Shown piece after piece: positions 19,880-28,285 of a stretch of DNA of 64,000 nucleotides. Numbering within the stretch: position 1 is the first letter of the stretch; every line of letters starts with the position of its first letter. Source of the stretch: Bacteroidia bacterium. Lineage in GTDB: Bacteria; Bacteroidota; Bacteroidia; M30B66. A program made the position numbers and the translations under genes. The notes below the pieces were generated by a model. That model ran no database searches, was not told the DNA's origin, and was given only the letters and a program-made list of their open reading frames with translations. The stretch spans positions 1,344,001 to 1,408,000 of the forward strand of contig OZ257142.1 in the NCBI GenBank assembly GCA_965279035.1, given 5' to 3'.

Positions 19880-21250
19880 CACACCCGTCCAAGACGTTTG
19901 TATAACGAAAATACAATCCTGATTTGATGCGAGATTACTCATCAAAGAACGCTCTTTTGAAAATTAAACCCTCTATAATTTAAAAAAGGGACATTTGTAA
20001 TTCCAGTTTATCAATTTCGTCATCATCTAAAAAGGGTTTATCAAGCCATTTTTTGAGGTCAATTTTCACAAAGAGATTTAATCGAATAAAGGACACCAAA
20101 TTTGAGAGGTGCCAAGAGTGTTTTGCTTCCTTTTGAAGTGTCTTTAAAAGCAGTATGGTGATTAGTGCTGTCCAAATCTGTATCAGAACAGCATTCATGC
20201 TGGTTCCTATGAAAGACTTGATTTTCAGGTGTGTTTTGATCTCCTTGAAGAACGATTCGATGCTCCATCTACGTTTATATAGTTCTGAAATGGTCGATGC
20301 TGTCCAAGAAAAATTGTTTGTAAGAAGTTCAAGATATATCTGTTGTTCTTCATCCCAGATCTGAACCATTCGGAGCTTTTGCGGGTATTTTTCTTTTGAT
20401 TGAGGTAAACTCAAAAAGCCTTTCCAGTCGTATTGCAAGTCTGGATTTGCTTCATCGGTTGGGCTCTTAGTTCGCTCATAAAGTTCAAACTGAATGTTTT
20501 CTTTTCCTCGAATAACAAAGAATACTCCTTGTTCATCTAATTTTCTCATCCAGTTAAAATCGACATATCCTCTATCAGCTACAACAATGCTTCCTGTGGG
20601 AAATTCAATATCATGTGCTGCATTTACATCGTGCTTTTTGCCATCACTCAAATCAGCAAAAACGGGCATACAGCCGTCAAAGTCAAGGACTGTGTGAAGT
20701 TTTATAGCTCCCTTCTTCTTTCGAAATAGTGCCCAGTCGAACACTTTAAGACAAAGGTCAATCGTGGTTGAATCGAGCAGATAGATTTTACGTTTGGGAA
20801 GCAGCTTTCGGCTTGTTTTTAAGGTTGATTCAAACTGCTCATACAAGTTAAAATACATCGCTTGAAACAGCTCCCAGTTGCGATGTTGGTTATTATATGC
20901 CAACGATGATCGCCTCATGGCTTTTGACACTCCCAGATGATTTAAATCGCCTGTTGCTGATCGCATTCCATTGCAAACGTCATTTAAGCTATTAGACTTG
21001 GAAAACTGGCAAAAAACCATTGTCACAAAGTGAGACCAAGCATCATTGCCTTTACAATGTTTATTGGACTCAAACTTTTCTACTAGTTTATTGAAAGAAT
21101 CTCGCTTAATTTTTTGGAATATCTGAGCAAATAATGTGATCTTCATGCCGGAGTTGGTTTATGTTTTTGTGTCGTAACTCAAACATACCGGATTTAATCC
21201 GGACCAACTCTATTTTTTTACCCTATTTTAAAACGTCTTGGACGGGTGTG
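19880..21250 (-). mobile_element. IS4-family insertion sequence, complete
   Basis: Perfect 20-bp IRs CACACCCGTCCAAGACGTTT / AAACGTCTTGGACGGGTGTG; 9-bp TSD TTTGAAGAA at 19871-19879 and 21251-21259. Confidence 0.93.
19980..21146 (-). CDS. IS4-family transposase (DUF4372 + DDE)
   Basis: LLDSTTI, IKLH, ADRGY, YKRRWSIESFFKEIK (YREK motif), IQIWTALI. Confidence 0.95.
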   Translation of the reverse strand: MKITLFAQIFQKIKRDSFNKLVEKFESNKHCKGNDAWSHFVTMVFCQFSKSNSLNDVCNGMRSATGDLNHLGVSKAMRRSSLAYNNQHRNWELFQAMYFNLYEQFESTLKTSRKLLPKRKIYLLDSTTIDLCLKVFDWALFRKKKGAIKLHTVLDFDGCMPVFADLSDGKKHDVNAAHDIEFPTGSIVVADRGYVDFNWMRKLDEQGVFFVIRGKENIQFELYERTKSPTDEANPDLQYDWKGFLSLPQSKEKYPQKLRMVQIWDEEQQIYLELLTNNFSWTASTISELYKRRWSIESFFKEIKTHLKIKSFIGTSMNAVLIQIWTALITILLLKTLQKEAKHSWHLSNLVSFIRLNLFVKIDLKKWLDKPFLDDDEIDKLELQMSLF

Positions 21251-21377
21251 TTTGAAGAAATACAATTGTCCATCTTCTGGGTTCAGATAGATTTTTTTAT
21301 TTCGAGTGCCTCCCGTATTCAACCAAGATTGTTCTATCCATTCAGTAATAATATATAGTTTAGGCATAGGTTAAATG

Positions 21378-21659
21378 CTATTTATTTCTATTTTTAATAG
21401 GAATTGATTCATTATTAATTACCGAAAAAATGTGGTTAATTATTCCTATTTCGGCACTATTTAGTTTTTTCTTTAATGCTAGTTCTTTTAATAAACTCTC
21501 TTTGCCAATTTGTTTTAGAACAGAGGTATTGCTTTTATAAGCGATGGGTATTATTTTTTCTATGACCTCAAGTGCCGCAATTCTTCTGTCTGAGGCGAGG
21601 TCCCTTTCTTCACTTTTGAGTTGTTTAGTGATTTCTGATGTAATCTCTTTCCATTTCAT
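21378..21659 (-). CDS. Hypothetical 93-aa helical protein, first gene of the kinase-HIRAN operon
   Basis: ORF ends 10 nt before the kinase ATG; no recognisable motif. Confidence 0.6.
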   Translation of the reverse strand: MKWKEITSEITKQLKSEERDLASDRRIAALEVIEKIIPIAYKSNTSVLKQIGKESLLKELALKKKLNSAEIGIINHIFSVINNESIPIKNRNK

Positions 21660-21669
21660 TTCTACTATT

Positions 21670-21793
21670 TTAATGGTAATTTACTGCATCTTCTGCTGCA
21701 ATTGAAAAACTTTCCTCCTCCTTCACACCCTATACTTCACCAATTTTGGTCTTTATTTTTTTGCTCAAATATTTCTATTAAACGTTTGTTATT
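21670..21793 (-). pseudogene. Relic C-terminus of a probable restriction-modification (N6-methylase/specificity-subunit fusion) gene
   Basis: Reads NNKRLIEIFEQK / +1 frameshift in an A7 run / IKTKIGEV*GVKEEESFSIAAEDAVNYH*; resembles the LIEIFEQKIK..I..VWG tail as I recall it from such proteins. Confidence 0.55.
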
Positions 21794-21812
21794 GGTTTAG
21801 AGAGTTGATTGA

Positions 21813-21851
21813 ATTAGTTGCAAAGAATCATTCTTATTCTTTGCAACTAAT
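21813..21851. terminator. Long hairpin downstream of the T9SS cargo gene
   Basis: ATTAGTTGCAAAGAAT-N7-ATTCTTTGCAACTAAT, 16-bp perfect stem. Confidence 0.7.
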
Positions 21852-21873
21852 GAATGGTATTTCGAATGATTAC

Positions 21874-24117
21874 TCAGATTTTTGTCCAACGCGAAGAAGT
21901 ACGCATTCCGTTTTTCATGATTACGGTGATAAGATAGGTTCCGGAGGGTAGCTCATTCCAAGTGAAATTGGGAGAATTTTCGGATGTGGTAATGGATTGA
22001 ATGGTTCTTCCACTTAGGTCTGATAGTAGAATTATTTTTTGAGATTCTTGCCAATTTTTTGAGAAATACAATGCAACATTTCCTGTAGATGGATTGGGGC
22101 TCACATTCAATTCGATTGGGCTTGTTACATGATCAATTCCCACAGGCATTGGATAAATGGAATAATGATGCACGGGGGTGAAAACGGGAGCATTAAAATC
22201 GAAATAGATAGCTGCTTGATTTTCGATTGTATACGAGATTGGATTGGATTCTTTTTGTTTGATTTTAAATTCTACAAAACCAATACTTGCTGGCTCATTG
22301 AGCGATTTCTGAACCAAATCAATATGACTAAAACGAAATCGAAGAATGTTATTTTCAAGATAGAAACTGTAGGGATGACTTGAAGCTCCGGGAATGATGG
22401 AAGTATAATCTAAATATTCGCTCAGCGTATCTTTTACGTCAACAGTATGTGCAGTAAAACTCCCTGTATTTTGAAAACGAATTCGGTAGGTAATCGTTTG
22501 TTCTTTTTCAATTCGGTTTAATGCACCAAATCCTTCTGGGAATCCTTGCTTATCATTTGGATCATAACTTCCTACGACAAAAGCACATTCCGTGTCAAAA
22601 GTTTGATAGGTTAAATTAATTAATGTATCTGCAATAGCTGAATTATCACTATTCGAAATAAAAAGGCTTTCAACATTTCCTTCGCTGTCGATTAGTACTG
22701 ATGTCCAATTTTCTGAAAAAACATTGGCAGTGAATGATTCATTGGGCCCTAATGTGAAGCTGTATGGAATGGAAGTTAAAAACATTCCAAAAAGGGTATC
22801 ATAATCGTTATTTACATATAAGGTGAAATAATTGGGCATGGCGATTTCACCAATATTTGTAACGGTAATGGTGTTAGAGAGCGTATCGCCAGAAAGCACC
22901 AATTTTAGGGCTGAGCTGTTTTCATCCATACAATCATTTGAAGCAATTAAAGCACCTTCAATACAAACGAAATTTCCTAATTGATTTTCACAAGTAGTAG
23001 AATCTAGAATGGAAACAATTAACTCCTGAAACAAATCAACAGTAGGAGCATGAAACAGAAAGGTATTGTTTCCTATGTTTTCGAAAGGAACACTTGCTGA
23101 AACTGGATAAATCTGATCAGTGGGATAGGTTAAAGTAAAATCGAATGCCGAAGTTGTTGTTCCATGGTTTGCGATTCTAACATAATTATACGATTCAAAA
23201 CATCTATTGAAAAATGGTGCTGTATATTCGAAATCATATTCAGTGCATTGTTGAGTTGAACGAAGGGCAAAGTCTACATTATTAATAGTTTGTCCTGTAT
23301 CAGAATTGAATGTTATGACTTGTTCTGTAGGAAAACACGAAGGCTCGAAAGGAACCATAACATGGTCTAATGTAGCTGTAATTGACGGCTGGCTGGGAGG
23401 GATAAAAGCATTATACCACCCTGTTTCATTGGAATAAGAAAGGCCAACTAATTCTCCGTTTTGATTAAAGATATTTATTTTTTGATTATCAATTGGTAGT
23501 TCAATTCCATCTCCGCATATATCATTCGAATCATAATTTACATGCCCGATAATTTCATTAAAAGTTCCCAATTGTGCGGTACTACCTGAGAAGTCAATGG
23601 AATAATTACACATTCCTACTCCTGAAAAATTATTCACAACTAAAATATAAATTCTACCTGCTTCTGCTTGAATTGCAGGCGAATCTTGTGGATTGGTACC
23701 GTTGTTAGCTCCAGTTGTTGAAGTTGGAAAAGTACTACCACTGAAGTTACAGGCAATTTGTAACTCTGGATTGGTAGCTATTGCAGAACATCCATAATTG
23801 GTAATATCAAAAACTGCAAAATCATAATCGGCATTATCACAGGTAGGAATAATATTAAAAGAAACCACACCATCACTTGTCGTATAAAATATAAACCAAG
23901 CTACATTTCTTTCTCCACTAGTTAAGCAACCTGTGGATGTGTTTATTTCTCCTAGTACTTCACCCTCACCTACCGAACTATAATAGGTAACAGTTTCCCA
24001 GTTTTCAAGTGGTATAGCATCGATGCAATCCTTAGCTCCTAGCTCTTGAGCATATGTATTATTTACATTAATTAGATTTATCAGCAATAGGAATAATAGG
24101 TAATGAATTATTTTCAT
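21874..24117 (-). CDS. T9SS type-A secreted protein (DUF7619-like domain)
   Basis: Signal peptide; DCIDAIPL, DYDFAVFD, GSYDPNDK, YRIRFQNTG, AAIYFDFNAPV; CTD VSPNPS...GTYLI. Confidence 0.88.
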   Translation of the reverse strand: MKIIHYLLFLLLINLINVNNTYAQELGAKDCIDAIPLENWETVTYYSSVGEGEVLGEINTSTGCLTSGERNVAWFIFYTTSDGVVSFNIIPTCDNADYDFAVFDITNYGCSAIATNPELQIACNFSGSTFPTSTTGANNGTNPQDSPAIQAEAGRIYILVVNNFSGVGMCNYSIDFSGSTAQLGTFNEIIGHVNYDSNDICGDGIELPIDNQKINIFNQNGELVGLSYSNETGWYNAFIPPSQPSITATLDHVMVPFEPSCFPTEQVITFNSDTGQTINNVDFALRSTQQCTEYDFEYTAPFFNRCFESYNYVRIANHGTTTSAFDFTLTYPTDQIYPVSASVPFENIGNNTFLFHAPTVDLFQELIVSILDSTTCENQLGNFVCIEGALIASNDCMDENSSALKLVLSGDTLSNTITVTNIGEIAMPNYFTLYVNNDYDTLFGMFLTSIPYSFTLGPNESFTANVFSENWTSVLIDSEGNVESLFISNSDNSAIADTLINLTYQTFDTECAFVVGSYDPNDKQGFPEGFGALNRIEKEQTITYRIRFQNTGSFTAHTVDVKDTLSEYLDYTSIIPGASSHPYSFYLENNILRFRFSHIDLVQKSLNEPASIGFVEFKIKQKESNPISYTIENQAAIYFDFNAPVFTPVHHYSIYPMPVGIDHVTSPIELNVSPNPSTGNVALYFSKNWQESQKIILLSDLSGRTIQSITTSENSPNFTWNELPSGTYLITVIMKNGMRTSSRWTKI

Positions 24118-24303
24118 AACGATATATTAGAAAAGTAAATATAGGTATAAAAAGAATCTAATACTATCCAAGTATTCTAAAACACGATCTGTTTTTAAGT
24201 AGAATACAAACTTGCTAATCCTAAATATGAAATTCTAGACCATTTGATCGATTGAACACATACGTAAATGAATTAACCAGCTCCAATTTTCGATTTGTCA
24301 ATC

Positions 24304-24402
24304 TTAAACAAACAATTTCTTCGCTTCTTTCCGACTCATTGCCTGATTACGTTGGAGTCGTTTGGATTGAGCACGAATCGCATAGTGTTGCCATTTTTTC
24401 AT
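24304..24402 (-). pseudogene. Duplicated, frameshifted 3' fragment of the gene at 24932-25249
   Basis: ~99 bp near-identical to 24932-25030, with a few substitutions and one extra T. Confidence 0.85.
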
Positions 24403-24455
24403 TTCTTTAGGGTTGCTGCTATGTTGGTACAATTAATTAAGATCGTTTTCTCTTT

Positions 24456-24842
24456 TTACCTAAGTTTCATTCTTCTATTTCTATAATCAGCAAATAATCC
24501 AAGCGTTGGTAGTATTGTAAAAAGATAAACTAGGTGATACCAGATAGGATAGTCGTTCCAAACGTTAACAAAATGAGTATAGGCAGCAATACTAAATAGA
24601 ATTATAGAAACAATCCAAGAGCTTGTCCTTGAATTATTCGAGATGATCGATACACACATACCGGCAGCAATGGAAGCAAATAAAGCAACAACTAATCTAA
24701 ATAATAACATTTCGTTTGAATAGGATTTATCGATACTGGCTATGGCATAGTTTGTCCAACAATACTTAAGCAAATACAAACCCAGCAAGCCTATTATCGC
24801 ATAGGTAATCAAGCCTGCAAGTATTCCTAATAGCATCTTCAT
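24456..24842 (-). CDS. Small 4-TM membrane protein
   Basis: 128 aa, four hydrophobic helices, YPIWYH motif. Confidence 0.7.
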   Translation of the reverse strand: MKMLLGILAGLITYAIIGLLGLYLLKYCWTNYAIASIDKSYSNEMLLFRLVVALFASIAAGMCVSIISNNSRTSSWIVSIILFSIAAYTHFVNVWNDYPIWYHLVYLFTILPTLGLFADYRNRRMKLR

Positions 24843-24931
24843 AATATTTGGTTTGTTCTAGCGATTATTTAGAATTGAATGGGGTGAATGAAAAGGAATG
24901 GAATGATAAATTCCCAATTCTAAATCCAGCT

Positions 24932-25249
24932 TTAAACAAATAATTTCTTCGCTTCTTTCCAACTCATTGCTTGATCACGTTGGAGTCGTTTGGATTGAGC
25001 ACGAATCGCATAGTGTTGCCATTTTTTCATGGCTTCGAGGTGAACTCCCTGTTTGTAGAATTGTTTTAAATCATTTTCATTTTCCCAGAGCGTCATAGTG
25101 TACCAACATTTTAAATTCCAGCTTCCGGTAGCTTTAAATCCTTTGCAGGGAGCTTGTTGTAATGCCTTTATAATTTTCTGGTTCATTGCAAAGAATGACC
25201 TTAATTGGGAATAGGAGCGGAGTTCTATTTTGGTGATAGATACTATCAT
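24932..25249 (-). CDS. DUF3291/ABM-like dimeric alpha-beta barrel protein
   Basis: YTMTLWEN..DLKQFY..GVHLEAMK; start MIVSITKIEL at 25249. Confidence 0.7.
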   Translation of the reverse strand: MIVSITKIELRSYSQLRSFFAMNQKIIKALQQAPCKGFKATGSWNLKCWYTMTLWENENDLKQFYKQGVHLEAMKKWQHYAIRAQSKRLQRDQAMSWKEAKKLFV

Positions 25250-25400
25250 GCGTATTAGATTAATTGTAAGCATTAGGAATTTAGGTAATATAACCCCTAT
25301 TATGAAGTTGACTAATTATACTATTTTTTTTGATTACAAACATAGAATTAAGACCGAGGTAGTATCATGTTAATAAATCATAAATGTTTGTCTACGACGT

Positions 25401-25560
25401 ATTACTTTCTTGTCTTGAAACAAGAAAGTAATCAAAGAAGTTCAAGTCTGGACGATGCTGCTTGCGCTCATAGCCTTTTTTCGACCATTTTGCATGGACA
25501 ATCATTTTTCTAATCAAAGTCGAAACACACCCTCGCCGCCCAGACAAAGCCATCGCACTG
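25401..25560. other. Structured intergenic element with potential pseudoknot (repeat or ncRNA candidate)
   Basis: 13-bp stem 25401-25432; loop CTTGAA complementary to TTCAAG 25441-25446; further stems GTCTGG/CCAGAC and TTTCGAC/GTCGAAA. Confidence 0.55.
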
Positions 25561-25714
25561 ATCCGTTTCTAATTATAATATTAATAATTAAACTAGTTTT
25601 AAGATCATTAAGATAGCAATGAGAAATTTGAGTAAATAATAAATTGGAGTTGGTTAATAATACTTTCCATTTTATTAGTTCTATCATCTACTTTAATTGA
25701 ATAATTTGTATTGT

Positions 25715-26242
25715 TCATTTCGTGGTTTTAGCTCCCAACTGTATTCCCATTTGCTCATACACTTTATCGTTCGGCTGCCAAAGCTCAATCTTATTGCCTT
25801 CTAAATCCATTATATGGACAAACTTGCCATAGTCGAACGATTCGATGGTGTCGGTAAGAGTAACACCTTCTTTCTTTAATTCAATGACTAAGGCTTGTAG
25901 ATCGGCCACACGGTAATTAATCATGAATTCTTTGGTAGATGGTTCAAAGTATTTAGTTTTCTCGTTAAAAGGGCTCCATTGCGTAAATCCTTTTTGAGTT
26001 GAATCGGCACCTTGGTACCATTCAAACACAGAACCGTAGGCATTTACTTCCAAACCCAAATGTTGTTGATACCATTCACGAAGTTTCTTAGGATCTTTAC
26101 ACTTGAAAAAAATACCACCAATACCAGTCACACGTTTTAAAGTAGGTGTTTCTATTGCTGGTTTATCGAGGATTGTTTTAAATGCAAATCCAAAGCAAAA
26201 AGAGGTAGATAATGCGAGTAGGAGAAGGATGTTTTTTTTCAT
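25715..26242 (-). CDS. VOC/glyoxalase family protein with N-terminal signal peptide
   Basis: KRVTGIGGIFFK, FMINYRV, YGKF...D.EGNKIELWQP. Confidence 0.88.
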   Translation of the reverse strand: MKKNILLLLALSTSFCFGFAFKTILDKPAIETPTLKRVTGIGGIFFKCKDPKKLREWYQQHLGLEVNAYGSVFEWYQGADSTQKGFTQWSPFNEKTKYFEPSTKEFMINYRVADLQALVIELKKEGVTLTDTIESFDYGKFVHIMDLEGNKIELWQPNDKVYEQMGIQLGAKTTK

Positions 26243-26251
26243 AAATATTTT

Positions 26252-26289
26252 AATTACGAATTACGAATTACGAATTACGAATTACGAAT
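26252..26289. repeat. (ATTACGA)n heptamer tandem repeat, continued at 27685-27700
   Basis: Five copies left of the IS and two right of it (the right side includes the TSD). Confidence 0.9.
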
Positions 26290-27684
26290 CAGTACTGTCC
26301 GGTTAAAATTGAGATTGCATGATTTACCTTCTGTAGTTGCAGTAAATGCGGGTGTTGATGGTATTTATTTAAAATAAAGCCCCCTATGGAGGGAACAATG
26401 GCAGTTGAAAGGATTTAATTTGATTTCTAATTAGCGATTTTTCAGGATTGATGAGGAATTCAAAAAGGTTGATATAGGTCATCAAATGTAGCCTGACCAT
26501 GGCTGCAAGATTTGAAAACGACCAGTTTTTACCAGCTCTTGCTTTGACAATTTTTAAGACAAGGTCAGCGATCAGGGCACACCAGATTTGGATTTTGATC
26601 GCATTTTCGCTCTCTCCAAGGAAGCTTTGCATCGGATAGTTCTGTTTGATACGCTTAAATAGCGATTCGATCTGCCAACGATTTTTATAAAACAGTGCGA
26701 TTGAGGAGGGTTTGAATTGATTGTTATTGGTTATGAATTCAAATATCCTCTTCGATTTTTTGTCCTCATATTTTATAAGACGTGCCTTCACTCGTGTATT
26801 GTTATTGTGCTTGGTGTGGCCCATTTCTATAATCTGGTCGAGCAAAATTCCGTTCTGCTTTTCCTTGTCTGAAATTTTCTTTTCCCGCAGGACTTTGATC
26901 ACGGTGTTGTTTCGTAATCGGGTCACCCATGTGACATTTTCTTCCGAGAAACGGTTGTATTGCTTGTAATCATTATAACCACGATCAAACACCACAATGG
27001 ACCCACGTTGCAGGTGTATGTTCTGCAGAAATGGGCTGTCGGCTCCAGCTCCAGCAGAGAACCTTATCAAGCAAGGCACGTCTTGATCACTCCTCATTAA
27101 AGTATGCACCTTAATACCGCCTTTGCGCTTACCATCGGCGGGATTACGACCGGCATTTTTCAAAACTTCCTGAAACAACTGAATCGTTGTCGAGTCAACA
27201 ATATAAAGCCGGGATGCGATTTTACTTCGGCTGTCCGGTAAAAAATGCTTGTATCGGTCATAAAGCCAGTAGTAAATATCTTCAAAGACATCGGCTGGTC
27301 GACTGGTATTTGCATCTGAAATCGTGCTCCTTCTGGGAAAGTAGTTGATTCCTAAATGCTGTATCCTGCCTTCCCAGGCAAGTAGGCCTGAGGTCACTTC
27401 TCGGATACCTGTACACCGATTAAAGATTGCGTAAAGCATCGTTACTAGGTGCGTATAAGTCCTGAAGTTCTTATAATACCTATCAGCGTTATGCTCATCA
27501 GCTATGTCCTTTACTTTCGTCTGAGGCAGATAAGAAAGGAGTTGACTGTAAATCGGCTGTCCGGTAAAATATTTACTTTTACTCATGATTATTTTGGTGT
27601 GTCGTAACTCAAAAATAATCACAAAAGGAGTGATCGAAATGGTCGCTCCTTTTTTCTGATTTAAACTTTAACCGGACAGTACTG
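26290..27684 (-). mobile_element. IS4-family insertion sequence, complete
   Basis: IRs CAGTACTGTCCGGTTAAA / TTTAACCGGACAGTACTG; 9-bp TSD ATTACGAAT at 26281-26289 and 27685-27693. Confidence 0.93.
26384..27586 (-). CDS. IS4-family transposase (DUF4372 + DDE)
   Basis: MSKSKYFTGQP start, VDSTTI, KGGIKVH, FDRGY, YKNRWQIESLFKRIKQ. Confidence 0.95.
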   Translation of the reverse strand: MSKSKYFTGQPIYSQLLSYLPQTKVKDIADEHNADRYYKNFRTYTHLVTMLYAIFNRCTGIREVTSGLLAWEGRIQHLGINYFPRRSTISDANTSRPADVFEDIYYWLYDRYKHFLPDSRSKIASRLYIVDSTTIQLFQEVLKNAGRNPADGKRKGGIKVHTLMRSDQDVPCLIRFSAGAGADSPFLQNIHLQRGSIVVFDRGYNDYKQYNRFSEENVTWVTRLRNNTVIKVLREKKISDKEKQNGILLDQIIEMGHTKHNNNTRVKARLIKYEDKKSKRIFEFITNNNQFKPSSIALFYKNRWQIESLFKRIKQNYPMQSFLGESENAIKIQIWCALIADLVLKIVKARAGKNWSFSNLAAMVRLHLMTYINLFEFLINPEKSLIRNQIKSFQLPLFPP

Positions 27685-27752
27685 ATTACGAATTACGAAT
27701 TTATTAGTATTATACATCGAATATCGTACATCGAATATCGAACATCGTTTAA

Positions 27753-28019
27753 TTAAAACTGCTGAATCAATTTGAAATACTCAACACTTTTTTGAAGTGC
27801 ATATAAGGGTAAAATCTGCATGCGTTCTTTAACTGCTTCTTCGTCGAGGCCTTTAAAGATGAGGACGGCGCCATTCCGTTCGTTACGTAAAAATAGGTGT
27901 TCTAATATTCCTTCTTCTTTCCATTTCGCCACAACAGCTTGTTCATGTTGGATGATTTCCTGGAAATTGGCAGGTAGATTCTCTGTATCGATGGTCAGTA
28001 TGGCTTGTATTCTGTTCAT
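27753..28019 (-). CDS. Muconolactone isomerase/YCII-like small protein
   Basis: HEQAVVAKWKEEG...GAVLIF...LPLY. Confidence 0.6.
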   Translation of the reverse strand: MNRIQAILTIDTENLPANFQEIIQHEQAVVAKWKEEGILEHLFLRNERNGAVLIFKGLDEEAVKERMQILPLYALQKSVEYFKLIQQF

Positions 28020-28206
28020 GGTGTGTGGGTTGGGTAGATTGTTTTTGAATGATTTGAAGCAACAAGGTAAGAGTATAGTTGTTCAAATTTGTTGCTACAT
28101 CTTAAATTCCAAACCTAATTATTTAGCAAAGTATATTCATCCAATCATTTTCCTATAAACTAGAAAACAAATCAATGGAGTTGAAATCAGTATCTGTATT
28201 TAAAAC

Positions 28207-28285
28207 TCGTAATTCGAAATCGAAAATTTGTAATTAACAATTCGTAATTAACTACTAGTAATTAACCATTCGTAATTCGTAATTA
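28207..28285. repeat. Degenerate (TCGTAAT)n heptamer array, inverted relative to the 26252 array
   Basis: TCGTAAT TCGAAA...TTCGTAATTA...TTCGTAATTCGTAATTA. Confidence 0.7.

Larger units (their letters stand above)
18920..21367 (-). pseudogene. HipA/CtkA-like Ser/Thr kinase interrupted by IS4
   Basis: 5' part 21260-21367 (MPKLYIITEW...TGGTRNKKIYLNPEDGQLY) joins in frame to 18920-19879 (FFKQSFK...WSEIIASEVG...FDALIGNSDRHQENW...APIYDSG) once the IS and one TSD are removed. Confidence 0.9.

Noticed and set aside
19880-19945. N-terminus of the 341-aa ORF 18920..19945
   Set aside because: It lies inside the IS4 end; the real N-terminus is at 21260-21367.
21809-21818. TTGAATTAGT identical to the IS1595 IR start
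   Set aside because: Ten AT-rich bases overlapping a terminator stem, with no partner IR or TSD; likely chance.
24295-24486. 63-aa plus-strand ORF
   Set aside because: Antisense to the duplicated gene fragment; no independent evidence.
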